A DNA stretch of 64,000 nt from Bacteroidales bacterium (GCA_012519515.1 JAAYQC010000165.1:1753-65752), one strand, 5' to 3'. Shown: positions 47,628 to 57,791, numbered from the stretch's first letter. Translations and numbers: made by a program. The notes: generated from the letters alone by a model not told the origin.

Positions 47628-47667
47628 TTAGCTTTTCAGTTGATAATTTAAACCTGAACGATCCATT

Positions 47668-48588
47668 ATGAGAAGAAGGGATTTTTTCAGAAAATCAGTC
47701 GGAGCTGGTATTGCTGCCGGAGCAGCATTAAGTTTCGGCAGATATAACAAGCTTCTGGGGGCACCGGCATCTCATGCAAAATATGATATGGTTGCACTAA
47801 TGGGGGGTGAACCTGCTGCCATGTTTGATCTGGGAATTCAGGAACTCGGCGGAATGGGGATGTTCGTTACAAAAGGCCAGAAGGTTCTGGTAAAACCCAA
47901 TATTGGCTGGGATGTTGTTCCCGAGCTGGCTGCCAACACGAATCCTGATCTGGTTAAAAGGATAATCGAGCATTGTTTCAGGGCAGGAGCAAAGGATGTA
48001 TACGTTTTTGACCATACTTGCGACAACTGGATAAACGCTTACCGTAACTCGGGAATAGAAAGAGCTGCCAAAGCAGGCGGAGCAAAGGTTGTTCCGGCCA
48101 ATACAGAGAATTATTATCAGGAAATAGAAATTCCTACAGCCGTGAAGCTTAAGAAAGCAAAGGTTCACGAACTGGTGTTGACAACCGATGTCTTCATAAA
48201 TGTTCCCATACTTAAAGACCATAACTCCACCAGGATGACGGCCTGTCTTAAAAATATGATGGGAGTGGTATGGGACAGGGGATACTGGCATGCCAATGAC
48301 CTTCACCAGTGCATTGCCGACTATGCAATGTTTGAAAAGAAACCCATACTAAACGTTGTGGATTGTTATAATGTAATGGTGAAACACGGCCCTCAGGGTA
48401 TTTCAAAAGAGGACCTCGTACTGATGAAATCCCAGATATTAACCACCGACTGGGTGGCAGGAGATACCGCGGCCGCCAGAATGCTCAACCTTGATCCTCA
48501 GCAGATCGATTATATCCAGATAGCTTACAAGATGGGACTTGGAACAACAAATTTGGATTCATTGAATATCAGGCGTATAAAAATGTAA
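47668..48588 (+). CDS. Tat-signal DUF362 domain protein
   Basis: Twin-arginine leader MRRRDFFRKSVGAGIAAGAALSFG. DUF362-like VLVKPNIGW and NVPILKDHNSTRMTACLKNMMG. Confidence 0.8.
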   Translation: MRRRDFFRKSVGAGIAAGAALSFGRYNKLLGAPASHAKYDMVALMGGEPAAMFDLGIQELGGMGMFVTKGQKVLVKPNIGWDVVPELAANTNPDLVKRIIEHCFRAGAKDVYVFDHTCDNWINAYRNSGIERAAKAGGAKVVPANTENYYQEIEIPTAVKLKKAKVHELVLTTDVFINVPILKDHNSTRMTACLKNMMGVVWDRGYWHANDLHQCIADYAMFEKKPILNVVDCYNVMVKHGPQGISKEDLVLMKSQILTTDWVAGDTAAARMLNLDPQQIDYIQIAYKMGLGTTNLDSLNIRRIKM

Positions 48589-48594
48589 TTTGAA

Positions 48595-50175
48595 ATGACA
48601 TCTTCCTTTCTCAGGAAATTCAGGATCTTATTTTCTACAATCGTCCTGATCTGTTTCATTTGCGTATTTGCAGACTTCAGAGCTGTAATCCCGGAGAAGT
48701 ATGTTGACTTCCTTCTTTATCTTCAGTTTGTTCCGTCAGCACTGAAATATATCAACCTGATGACAATGCTTGCCGGGGGATTCCTGATAGTCCTTATGCT
48801 GACGCTCCTTACCGGCCGTACTTACTGCTCTTTTTTATGTCCGCTGGGAATAGGGCAGGACTATTTCAGCAGGATGGGAGAAAGGGTCAAAAGGAAATTC
48901 GGAAGATACGGTTATAAAAAACCTCATACCCTGATCCGTTACACCTTGCTGGCCCTCACTCTCGGAACAGCTGTTTTCTGGGGGCTCTATCTGGTCACTC
49001 TACTGGATCCCTATAGCATATTCGGGAGGTTCATGACTTATTTCGGTAAACCCATTATCCTGCTTGTCAATAATTTCCTTACCTGGGTGCTTGGAAAATT
49101 CGATGTTTATACACTTCATCATGTTGATATAAGGGCTTTCAATCCGCTTTCCTATGCAGTGCCTACGGTATTCTTACTGCTGGTGGGTATCATGTCCTTT
49201 GTAAAGGGAAGGCTGTACTGCAACATGATTTGCCCCGTGGGAACTTTCCTCGGACTTATTTCGAAAGTATCGATTTTCAGGGTGAAGTTTAAAGAAAGCA
49301 AATGTACACGTTGCGGCAGATGCTCATTAAGATGCAAATCGTCGTGCATCGATTTCCTTAATTACAATATAGATGTCAGCCGTTGCGTGAATTGTTTCAA
49401 CTGTATCGATGTATGTCCCGAGAAAGCTCTTTCATATGGATTTATTGCTTCAGGGGAGAAAGTGGAGAAACCGGAAAAAGCGGAGAAAACGGATAAGGGA
49501 AGAAGGAAATTTGTTGCAGGATCGCTTCTGATGTTTCTCGGGATAAGCCATGGAGCCGGCGGTCAGGAAAAAAAGGGAACTGTTGTTCCCGCTAAGGCAT
49601 CTTCAGTGAAGGAACCGAGAACATATCCCGTATGCCCTCCCGGCGCCGGATCATTTGAGGAATTCACTGAGAAATGCACGGCCTGTTCCCTTTGCATAAA
49701 CGCCTGCCCCAACGATGTGCTTCAACCGGCTATTAAACAGTATGGAATTTCAGGATTCATGCAACCGGTGATGGATTATCACAGAGGCTTTTGTGCCTTC
49801 AATTGCACGCGATGCACTGAAATATGCCCTACAAATGCCCTCAAACCACTTCTCCTGGAAGCAAAGAAACTTACTCAGATAGGAAAAGTCGTTTTCATCA
49901 AGGATAATTGCATTGTAAAGACAGAAAAGACAGCCTGCGGAGCTTGTTCCGAGTCCTGCCCCACGAAAGCAGTGTACATGGTGCCTTATGAGGATAACCT
50001 GGTAATCCCTGAAACAAACCAGGATATCTGCATCGGATGCGGGCATTGTGAATATGCATGTCCGGTAACACCATACAAGGCTATATTCGTCGACGGAAAT
50101 CCCGTTCATGTGGCTGCAACAAAACCTGAAATAAAGGAAACCGAAATAACAACTCCTGAAGAGTTTCCTTTCTGA
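48595..50175 (+). CDS. membrane-bound polyferredoxin (NapH/MauN-like N-terminal TM region plus multiple 4Fe-4S domains)
   Basis: TM helices with CSFLCPLG and CNMICPVG motifs. Six ferredoxin motifs: CTRCGRCSLRC, CVNCFNCIDVCP, CTACSLCINACP, CTRCTEICP, CGACSESCP, CIGCGHCEYACP. Confidence 0.85.
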   Translation: MTSSFLRKFRILFSTIVLICFICVFADFRAVIPEKYVDFLLYLQFVPSALKYINLMTMLAGGFLIVLMLTLLTGRTYCSFLCPLGIGQDYFSRMGERVKRKFGRYGYKKPHTLIRYTLLALTLGTAVFWGLYLVTLLDPYSIFGRFMTYFGKPIILLVNNFLTWVLGKFDVYTLHHVDIRAFNPLSYAVPTVFLLLVGIMSFVKGRLYCNMICPVGTFLGLISKVSIFRVKFKESKCTRCGRCSLRCKSSCIDFLNYNIDVSRCVNCFNCIDVCPEKALSYGFIASGEKVEKPEKAEKTDKGRRKFVAGSLLMFLGISHGAGGQEKKGTVVPAKASSVKEPRTYPVCPPGAGSFEEFTEKCTACSLCINACPNDVLQPAIKQYGISGFMQPVMDYHRGFCAFNCTRCTEICPTNALKPLLLEAKKLTQIGKVVFIKDNCIVKTEKTACGACSESCPTKAVYMVPYEDNLVIPETNQDICIGCGHCEYACPVTPYKAIFVDGNPVHVAATKPEIKETEITTPEEFPF

Positions 50176-50217
50176 TATAGAAAAACATCCAAATATTATT
50201 GCCAAACATGATTTTTG

Positions 50218-50250
50218 TTTGCATGAGCTAATTTTAAGCTGTTAATTTTG
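50218..50250 (+). promoter_or_regulatory. Bacteroidota-type promoter for the mce/mmd operon
   Basis: TTTG (50218-50221), 21 nt spacer, then TAATTTTG (50243-50250). About 36 nt upstream of the ATG at 50286. Confidence 0.45.
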
Positions 50251-50285
50251 CTTTAATTATACTCATTAAAAAATCTGGTGTTTTT

Positions 50286-50714
50286 ATGAAACCAACACAT
50301 ATAGAACATATTGGTATAGCAGTTTCAAACCTGGACGAATCGATGGCTTTTTACGAGAAGGTTCTGGGCCTGAAATGTTATAATATTGAGGAAGTCGCAG
50401 ACCAGAAAGTAAGAACTGCCTTTTTCATGGTGGGACAGACAAAAATCGAACTTCTGGAATCGACTGATCCCCAGGGAACAATTGCACGCTTCATTGAGAA
50501 AAGGGGAGAGGGGATTCATCATATTGCCTTCGCGGTGGAAAATCTTGAGGAGAAACTCAAACATGCCTCAGATGAAGGGGTAAGACTGATCGACACCCGT
50601 CCCAGGAAAGGAGCTGAAGGTCTGGATATCGCTTTTCTTCACCCGGCTTCGGCTCACGGTGTGCTTATTGAGCTTTGCGAACATCCCGGAAACGAACAGG
50701 AGAAACAGCTCTGA
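50286..50714 (+). CDS. mce: methylmalonyl-CoA epimerase (VOC family)
   Basis: IEHIGIAVSNLDESMAFYEKVLG, GIHHIAF, AFLHP, and the operon context. Confidence 0.88.
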   Translation: MKPTHIEHIGIAVSNLDESMAFYEKVLGLKCYNIEEVADQKVRTAFFMVGQTKIELLESTDPQGTIARFIEKRGEGIHHIAFAVENLEEKLKHASDEGVRLIDTRPRKGAEGLDIAFLHPASAHGVLIELCEHPGNEQEKQL

Positions 50715-50754
50715 TTAATTATATATTTCAAACAGTAAATAAAACAATATTTAT

Positions 50755-52314
50755 ATGAATAGCCAGGAAAAGGTTAAGCATCTTATCGGGATGCGAGAGA
50801 AAGCACGTCTCGGAGGTGGTTTGCAAAAAATTGAAGATCAACATTCCAAGGGAAGACTGACAGCAAGGGAACGGATAAACATTCTTCTCGATGAAGGAAG
50901 TTTTGAAGAATTCGATATGTTTGTCACACACCGGACCGAGGATTTCGGCATGGGCAAGAAAAAAATCCTGACCGACGGAGTGGTAACCGGATACGGTACA
51001 ATAGACGGAAGGGTGGTTTATGTTTTTGCCCAGGACTTTACAATTTTCGGCGGTTCGCTGTCGGAAACATTCTCACAGAAGATTTGCAAGATAATGGATC
51101 AGGCCATGAAAGTCGGAGCACCGGTCATCGGTATCAACGACAGTGGCGGAGCACGTATCCAGGAAGGGGTCAGAAGCCTTGCCGGCTATGCAGAGATTTT
51201 CGAAAGGAACATACTTGCTTCCGGGGTTATTCCCCAGATATCCGCGGTATTCGGACCATGCGCCGGAGGAGCGGTGTATTCTCCCGCTCTGACCGACTTC
51301 ATTATAATGAGCGAGAAAAGCAGCTATATGTTCGTGACCGGTCCGAAAGTGACAAAGACGGTAACAGGAGAAGATATAACGACGGAGAATCTTGGCGGCT
51401 CTGGAGTTCACGGGTCAAAATCGGGTGTGGCCCATTTTGTCGTGGATGAAGAGGAACAGGGTCTTATGCTGATCCGCAAACTGCTAAGCTATTTCCCTCA
51501 GAACAATATGGAGGATCCTCCCATTACCGAATGCGACGATCCCATCGACCGCAAGGAAGAGGATCTAAACAGCCTGATTCCCGAGAATCCCAATCAGCCT
51601 TATGATGTAAAGGACATTGTTTTCAAGATTGTCGACAATGCTGAGTTTCTCGAGGTTCATGCAGCTTACGCGCGCAATATTGTAGTGGGTTTTGCCAAAA
51701 TGGGTGGGATGCCGGTTGGAATCGTTGCCAACCAGCCAAGCTTCCTGGCCGGTGTGCTCGATATTGATGCTTCGAGAAAAGCCGCTCGTTTCATAAGGTT
51801 CTGCGATGCCTTTAATATTCCCCTGGTGACACTCGTCGATGTGCCGGGATTCCTTCCGGGAAGCGGGCAGGAATACGGCGGTATAATTATTCATGGTGCC
51901 AAGCTTATGTTCGCTTATGGTGAGGCAACTGTGCCCAAGGTGACCGTTACACTCCGCAAATCGTACGGCGGAGCCCATTGCGTAATGTCATCCAAGCAGC
52001 TCCACGGCGATATCAACTATGCATGGCCATCAGCTGAGATTGCAGTAATGGGACCACAGGGAGCCATTGAAATACTTGAGGGTAAGGCTATAGCAGAGAT
52101 AAGCGATCCGGAAGAAAAAGCCGCCTTTATCGCTGAAAAGGAGAATGAATACCGTGACAAGTTTGCAAATCCCTATGAAGCTGCAAAATTTGGTTTTATC
52201 GATGATGTGATTGAACCCCGGAATACACGTTTCAGGATAATCAGGGCACTGAGAACCCTTGCAACAAAAAAGGACCCGGGCCCAATGAAAAAACACGCCA
52301 ATATACCTTTATAA
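50755..52314 (+). CDS. mmdA: methylmalonyl-CoA decarboxylase alpha subunit / acyl-CoA carboxyltransferase
   Basis: 519 aa. [54 protein letters not shown]. Confidence 0.93.
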   Translation: MNSQEKVKHLIGMREKARLGGGLQKIEDQHSKGRLTARERINILLDEGSFEEFDMFVTHRTEDFGMGKKKILTDGVVTGYGTIDGRVVYVFAQDFTIFGGSLSETFSQKICKIMDQAMKVGAPVIGINDSGGARIQEGVRSLAGYAEIFERNILASGVIPQISAVFGPCAGGAVYSPALTDFIIMSEKSSYMFVTGPKVTKTVTGEDITTENLGGSGVHGSKSGVAHFVVDEEEQGLMLIRKLLSYFPQNNMEDPPITECDDPIDRKEEDLNSLIPENPNQPYDVKDIVFKIVDNAEFLEVHAAYARNIVVGFAKMGGMPVGIVANQPSFLAGVLDIDASRKAARFIRFCDAFNIPLVTLVDVPGFLPGSGQEYGGIIIHGAKLMFAYGEATVPKVTVTLRKSYGGAHCVMSSKQLHGDINYAWPSAEIAVMGPQGAIEILEGKAIAEISDPEEKAAFIAEKENEYRDKFANPYEAAKFGFIDDVIEPRNTRFRIIRALRTLATKKDPGPMKKHANIPL

Positions 52315-52326
52315 ACGAAGACAGTT

Positions 52327-52689
52327 ATGCCTTACTTTCCAATAATTATGTCCGGCCTGAACATTGATGATGCCGCTGCTGTCAGGCTGCTGATTGTATT
52401 GAATATTATTCTGATAGCCATTATTCTTCTATGGTTTGTAATCTGGATAATTGTACCTCTTGTAAAAAAATCCCTTGCACCCGGCGAAGAAAAACCGGCA
52501 GTTGCCGAAACCCTTACAGAGGAACCGGCAGTGACCGGTTTGGATACCGAAGCTGCTATCGCCACAGCTCTTTATCTGTATTTCAATGATATGCACGATG
52601 AAGAGAGTGATGTGATCACAATGAAAAGGGTGTCCAGAACTTATTCGCCATGGAGCTCAAAATTTTACAGTATGAGGAATTTACGGTAA
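52327..52689 (+). CDS. OadG-like small membrane subunit (decarboxylase delta/gamma)
   Basis: Single TM helix (LLIVLNIILIAIILLWFVIWIIV), an acidic linker, then AAIATALYLY...YSPWSSK as in Bacteroidota OadG-family proteins. Confidence 0.7.
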   Translation: MPYFPIIMSGLNIDDAAAVRLLIVLNIILIAIILLWFVIWIIVPLVKKSLAPGEEKPAVAETLTEEPAVTGLDTEAAIATALYLYFNDMHDEESDVITMKRVSRTYSPWSSKFYSMRNLR

Positions 52690-52734
52690 TTTTACCTAAG
52701 CGGAATATCGACTTGATTATCTAAGAAAAACAAT

Positions 52735-53154
52735 ATGAAGAACTTCAAATTCTTAATAAAAGGGAAAAAATACGATGTGAGTATATTGTCCCATACCGGA
52801 AATGTAGCCAGGCTAAAGGTAAATGATGAGGATTACGTTGTTGAAATAGAACGTGAGACAAAGCCCGATAAGACTCCAATAGTTGCCAGGCCGGCTGTTC
52901 AAGAGCCTCCTAAGGAGATAGAAAAGAAAACGGGAGGACCGAAAACCGAGATAAAATCCCCTCTCCCGGGTATCATTGTAAGGGTATTTGTCAAACCGGG
53001 AGACAGTGTTACAAAGAATCAGGCTCTCTTTACCCTTGAAGCAATGAAAATGGAAAATGAGATAAAGGCAGAACGAGACGGTGTGATCTCGGAGGTAAAA
53101 GTTACTCCGGGACAGACCGTTATGCAGGATGAGGTGATAATGGAAATGAATTGA
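52735..53154 (+). CDS. mmdC: biotin carboxyl carrier subunit
   Basis: Biotinyl-Lys motif LEAMKMENEI in a lipoyl/biotinyl domain (SPLPGIIVRVFVKPGD). Confidence 0.88.
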   Translation: MKNFKFLIKGKKYDVSILSHTGNVARLKVNDEDYVVEIERETKPDKTPIVARPAVQEPPKEIEKKTGGPKTEIKSPLPGIIVRVFVKPGDSVTKNQALFTLEAMKMENEIKAERDGVISEVKVTPGQTVMQDEVIMEMN

Positions 53155-53187
53155 TATTTATTAAAAACATCAATAATCCCCCGCATC

Positions 53188-54414
53188 ATGGATAGTAATT
53201 GTGCTGTAACAGGAAATTCAGGTCCCAGGATAAGGTCCGACTGCCGGCTAAGCCTCTGTCTGAAAAATGAAGGCGGGATCACTTTTGATCTGAAATCAAA
53301 GGTGGAAACGCTTTATGGCGAATCCATCAGAAATCTGTGTTCCGAAATGCTCGGCTGTTTCGGGATTGCGAATGCTCATCTGGAAATAGATGATTCAGGA
53401 GCCCTTCCCTTTGTTATTATGGCCCGGCTCGAGGCAGCCGTGAAGAAACTTACCGGGATCAGGATAGACTTTCTGCCTGATTTTCCCGAAGAGTACAAAT
53501 ATTCTACCCTTCGCGATCGCTTCCGCTTTTCCAGACTTTATCTTCCGGGGAATAACCCAAGCCTTATGATAAATGCCGGGCTTCACTCAGCTGACGGGAT
53601 CATTCTCGATCTGGAAGATTCCGTGGCCCCCGTAAGAAAGGATGAAGCAAGATTATTGGTCAGGAATGCACTGCGTCAACTCGATTTCAGAGGTGCGGAA
53701 AGAATGGTGAGAATAAATCAGGGAGAAAGGGGAATGGACGATCTTGATGCCCTTATTCCTCAGAATGTCAACCTTGTACTGATACCTAAATGTGAAAACC
53801 CTGAAAACGTACGTGAAGTTGCAGAGCGCATCAGGGATATCCTGGCAGAATCGGGCCTGACAAATCCGGTTTATCTAATGCCTATTATTGAAAGTGCTTT
53901 GGGAGTGGAGCTGGCGTTTGATATTGCCAGGGCGGATGAAAGCGTTGTTGCTATGGCTGTCGGACTGGAGGACCTGACAGCCGACATGGGAGTAAGAAGG
54001 ACCAGGGAGGGTAACGAAACGCTTTACGCGAGAAACAGGATCGTGAATGCAGCAAAAGCCGCGGGAATCCAGCCCATCGATTCGGTTTTTCCTGACGTTG
54101 CCGATATGGAGGGACTCAGGAATAACGTTGCAGTTTCAAAAGCGCTTGGATTCGAGGGTATGGGCTGCATACACCCGCGACAGATAGCAGTGATACGCCA
54201 GGGATTTGCGCCCGAGACAGATGAAATCGAAAAATCTAAAAAGATTGTAATTGCTTATGAGGATGCTCTTTCAAAAGGCCTTGGCGTGGTTGCTCTCGGT
54301 TCAAAGATGATTGATCCTCCTGTAGTGACAAGAGCCCTGAGAACTATCGATCTGGCTGTTAAACTGGGCATTCTTGAACCCGGATGGAGAGATGAGTCTC
54401 CTGCTGAAGCATGA
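53188..54414 (+). CDS. fusion of citrate lyase acyl-carrier (CitD-like) and citryl-CoA lyase beta (CitE-like) domains
   Basis: The N-terminal ~95 aa align by eye with CitD (AVTGNSG...RSD...KSKVETLYGESIR...IDDSGALPFVIMARLEAAV). The rest is HpcH/CitE-like (RLYLPGNNP, ILDLEDSVAP, MPIIESALG, GCIHPRQI). Confidence 0.8.
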   Translation: MDSNCAVTGNSGPRIRSDCRLSLCLKNEGGITFDLKSKVETLYGESIRNLCSEMLGCFGIANAHLEIDDSGALPFVIMARLEAAVKKLTGIRIDFLPDFPEEYKYSTLRDRFRFSRLYLPGNNPSLMINAGLHSADGIILDLEDSVAPVRKDEARLLVRNALRQLDFRGAERMVRINQGERGMDDLDALIPQNVNLVLIPKCENPENVREVAERIRDILAESGLTNPVYLMPIIESALGVELAFDIARADESVVAMAVGLEDLTADMGVRRTREGNETLYARNRIVNAAKAAGIQPIDSVFPDVADMEGLRNNVAVSKALGFEGMGCIHPRQIAVIRQGFAPETDEIEKSKKIVIAYEDALSKGLGVVALGSKMIDPPVVTRALRTIDLAVKLGILEPGWRDESPAEA

Positions 54415-54437
54415 TAACCAATTAAAAATCAATTATT

Positions 54438-55994
54438 ATGTCTATTCCGACTGTGATCAATGCAGCCGGCAGGGCTGTCATGACAGAGCTAAACGGCAAA
54501 CCTGCAATTCCTTTCAGGGGCGTCGGAAAATACAGGCCTTCAGGAAACAGGTACGGTCCACCAATACCGTCGTGTACCGACTTTCCGCCTGATGGAAACA
54601 AGGTTGTGACAACCCTCGAGGAAGCTCTTCTTCGCTGCGGAATCCGCGATGGGATGACCATCTCTACACATCATCACCTGAGAGATGGCGACCTTATCAG
54701 CAACAGGATCTTCGAAATAGCTTCGGTAATGGGTGTCAGGGATCTTGTCTGGTTCCCATCGGCGTCTTTTCCATGCAATGAACCTGTTATAAAATACCTG
54801 GAAGACGGGACGATAAACAGGATTGAAGGCAGTATGAACGGTCCTCTTGGCAGGTTTGTGTCGGAGGGCAGAATGAAGGGTACTGCCGTACTGAGATCGC
54901 ACGGCGGACGGGTTCAGGCAATCCAGGACGGTGAGGTAAAAATTGATATTGCTGTTCTTGTTGCTCCCAGTTCCGATTCGTTCGGGAATGCAAGGGGAAC
55001 AGGAGGCAACTCTGCATGCGGGGTGCTGGGTTATGCAAAAGCCGATGCAATGTATGCCGACAAGGTTATTGTAGTTACCGACAACCTTGTAGATATCCCT
55101 TGCTTACCAATGGAAATAGAAGGCAACTACGTGGATTATGTGGTAGTGGTCGATAAAATAGGAATACCCGAAAAAATTGTTTCGGGAACAACACAGATCA
55201 CAAAAAGCCCCGACAGACTGCTGATTGCAGAACTAACCGCTGCCTTCCTTGAAAAATCAGGCATACTGAAAGACAATGTCAGGATGCAGGCAGGGGCAGG
55301 GGGCACCTCGCTGGCTATAGGGGTTTTTATTCATGAGATACTCAGGAAAAAGGGATGGAAGTCGAAGTTCGGCTTCGGAGGCAGTACCAGGTACATGGTG
55401 GAAATGCTTGAACAGGGACAGATGGAATACATCCTCGATGCTCAGGTTTTCGACCTTGAATCGGTTGAATCAGTCACCAGAAATCCGAAACATGTGTCTT
55501 ATCCGGTTTTCAATGCCTATAATTATCATTCAAAGGGCAACCTGACATGCATGATGGATATAATGATACTTGGGGCCACGGAAGTTGATCTGAATTTTAA
55601 CGGGAATGTGGTGACACATTCCGACGGTTACCTGCTTCACGGTATCGGAGGCTGGCAGAACTGCCTTCATGCACGGAATGTCATAATTCCCCTGCCTTTG
55701 TTCCGCGACAGGATACCTGTCATTGTTGACGAGGTTACCACACTGTGCGGCCCGGGAGAACTTATTGATGTAGTAATCACAGAACGGGGAATCGCCATCA
55801 ATCCCCTCAGGAAAGATCTTATTGAAAGTGTACGGAACAGCGGACTTCCTTTAACCACTATTGAAAAACTGAAAGAGGAGGCAGAAAGGATATGCGGAAA
55901 ACCTTCGAAGCCCGTGTTCGATGAGAAAATTGTTGCAGCAATAAAATGGGTGGATGGCACCATAATCGATACGGTACGAAAAATCAAAAAATAA
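54438..55994 (+). CDS. citF: citrate lyase alpha subunit (citrate CoA-transferase)
   Basis: 518 aa. [39 protein letters not shown]. Confidence 0.9.
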   Translation: MSIPTVINAAGRAVMTELNGKPAIPFRGVGKYRPSGNRYGPPIPSCTDFPPDGNKVVTTLEEALLRCGIRDGMTISTHHHLRDGDLISNRIFEIASVMGVRDLVWFPSASFPCNEPVIKYLEDGTINRIEGSMNGPLGRFVSEGRMKGTAVLRSHGGRVQAIQDGEVKIDIAVLVAPSSDSFGNARGTGGNSACGVLGYAKADAMYADKVIVVTDNLVDIPCLPMEIEGNYVDYVVVVDKIGIPEKIVSGTTQITKSPDRLLIAELTAAFLEKSGILKDNVRMQAGAGGTSLAIGVFIHEILRKKGWKSKFGFGGSTRYMVEMLEQGQMEYILDAQVFDLESVESVTRNPKHVSYPVFNAYNYHSKGNLTCMMDIMILGATEVDLNFNGNVVTHSDGYLLHGIGGWQNCLHARNVIIPLPLFRDRIPVIVDEVTTLCGPGELIDVVITERGIAINPLRKDLIESVRNSGLPLTTIEKLKEEAERICGKPSKPVFDEKIVAAIKWVDGTIIDTVRKIKK

Positions 55995-56005
55995 AATTCT
56001 GTCAT

Positions 56006-56167
56006 ATGGGAAAGTATAAGTGTGATGTTTGCGGATTTGTCTACGATCCGGATAAGGGAGACCCCCGGTCAGGAATAGAGCCGGGAACCGATTTCAGCGA
56101 CCTGCCGGATAACTATGTATGCCCTGTTTGCGGAGCAGGCAAGGATGAGTTCTTTGCCGTCGAATGA
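56006..56167 (+). CDS. rubredoxin
   Basis: [15 protein letters not shown]...[15 protein letters not shown], with two CxxCG knuckles. The start at 56006 is internal to the listed ORF. Confidence 0.9.
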   Translation: MGKYKCDVCGFVYDPDKGDPRSGIEPGTDFSDLPDNYVCPVCGAGKDEFFAVE

Positions 56168-56186
56168 GGCCAGGGATATCAGTTTT

Positions 56187-57656
56187 TTATTCGTTGCTCA
56201 TAGCGGGGATTCTGCCGATAACATCGACAAGAAGGTCCCAGAACATCTGGACGGTATCAATTTTTATCTTCTCTTCAGGTGTGTGTGCTCCTCTTATGGT
56301 CGGGCCAATTGATATCATATCTATACCGCTGAATTTCTCATAGATAAGACCGCATTCGAGGCCTGCATGTATTGCTTTTACAAGGGGTTTGCGGTCAAAG
56401 AGCTTCTCATACGATTCAGAAGTGATCTTCAGTATTTCTGATCCCGGATCAGGCTTCCAGCCGGGGTAACCATCCGAATGAACTACATTGGCACCGGCAA
56501 GTTTCAGGCATTCCCCTACAATGCCTGCAATTTCATGTTTCGACGACTCGACTGAACTCCGCTGTGTGGTCACTATCCTGATCCTGTTGTTACCGGCAAA
56601 GTTTACGGAAGCCAGGTTGCTGGAAGTCTCCACAAGGTCTTCCATATCCTTCGACCATGCAATAACACCATGAGGACAGCATTCCAGAGCTTTAATCAGC
56701 TTCTGCTGGCTTTCCCCGTCCATAACTGTTGGCGGTGTTTCGCATTCCTCAATGGCAAGCTTCAGATCCTTCTCCAGGTCGGCAAATTCATCTTTCAGCT
56801 TGAAAGAAAATTCCCCGATCCGGTCGATAATCTCCTGACTGTGGATACTTTCGGCAGCAATCACTGAAAAAGCTTCCCTCGGGATGGCGTTCCGGAGGTT
56901 GCCACCGCTGAAACTGCTTAGCTGTATTCCAAACTTCTTCGTGAGCTCGTCCAGAATACTGTTCATTATCTTCACTGAATTTCCGAATCCCTTGTGTATC
57001 TCATCACCGGAATGGCCACCGCGAAGACCTGTGAGTGAGATTTTGAAACCGCAGCTCCCTTTTCTGACCGGGACTCTCCTGTATGGCATGTCTCCGACAG
57101 TATCAATTCCTCCGGCGCATCCTATGTAGAGAATGCCTTCGTCCTCGGAATCGAGGTTGATATATGTCCTTCCTTCAAAAAAACCGGGTTGCAGGTTCAT
57201 GGCACCTGTCATTCCCGATTCCTCATCAACAGTGAAGAGACATTCTATTTTTCCTGCCCTGACAGCCGGGTTGACCAGGATGGCAAGCTGTGTGGCAATG
57301 CCGATCCCGTCGTCAGCCCCGAGAGTGGTGCCTTTAGCTGCAACGTAGCCGTCGGTAATATACGGAATGATGGGATCGGTATGCCAGTTATGCGGATGAT
57401 CGGCATTCTTTTCACCAACCATGTCCATATGGCTCTGCAGTACCACCGTCTTGCGGTTTTCCATTCCCGGTGAGGCCTTCCTGATGATAAGTATGTTCCC
57501 GGCCTGGTCTTCCTTTGATTCGAGTTTATGCAGTGATGCAAAATCAAGAAGATACTTTCTGATCTTGCCCTCGTTTTTGCTTAAACGAGGTATCCTGCAA
57601 ATCTCCCCGAAATAAATCCAGATAGGCGCCGGACTTAATTGAGATAATGTACGCAT
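56187..57656 (-). CDS. pepD: aminoacyl-histidine dipeptidase (M20 family, PepD)
   Basis: 489 aa. LQSHMDMV, TLGADDGIG, FTVDEESGMTGA, IHAGLECG. Confidence 0.92.
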   Translation of the reverse strand: MRTLSQLSPAPIWIYFGEICRIPRLSKNEGKIRKYLLDFASLHKLESKEDQAGNILIIRKASPGMENRKTVVLQSHMDMVGEKNADHPHNWHTDPIIPYITDGYVAAKGTTLGADDGIGIATQLAILVNPAVRAGKIECLFTVDEESGMTGAMNLQPGFFEGRTYINLDSEDEGILYIGCAGGIDTVGDMPYRRVPVRKGSCGFKISLTGLRGGHSGDEIHKGFGNSVKIMNSILDELTKKFGIQLSSFSGGNLRNAIPREAFSVIAAESIHSQEIIDRIGEFSFKLKDEFADLEKDLKLAIEECETPPTVMDGESQQKLIKALECCPHGVIAWSKDMEDLVETSSNLASVNFAGNNRIRIVTTQRSSVESSKHEIAGIVGECLKLAGANVVHSDGYPGWKPDPGSEILKITSESYEKLFDRKPLVKAIHAGLECGLIYEKFSGIDMISIGPTIRGAHTPEEKIKIDTVQMFWDLLVDVIGRIPAMSNE

Positions 57657-57791
57657 GCTTTTTTTACTGGAGGTTAAACTATAAATATACTGATTTTTTC
57701 GTGTAATTAAGCTGAATTACAACAGAATTATATCAATTCTGATATACTTAATTTTCTTAAATTTACAGGATACTAAAACAATAACCGGCAT

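Noticed and set aside
46753-47667. Long A/T-rich non-coding gap considered as oriC
   Set aside because: I found only one weak DnaA-box-like word (CTATCCACT, 47536-47544). There is no cluster of TTATCCACA boxes and no dnaA or other replication genes nearby.
50755-53154. Interpretation of the carboxyltransferase plus biotin carrier as a transcarboxylase
   Set aside because: No 5S (pyruvate-carboxylase-like HMGL) subunit is present. The OadG-like membrane subunit and the epimerase fit the decarboxylase operon better.
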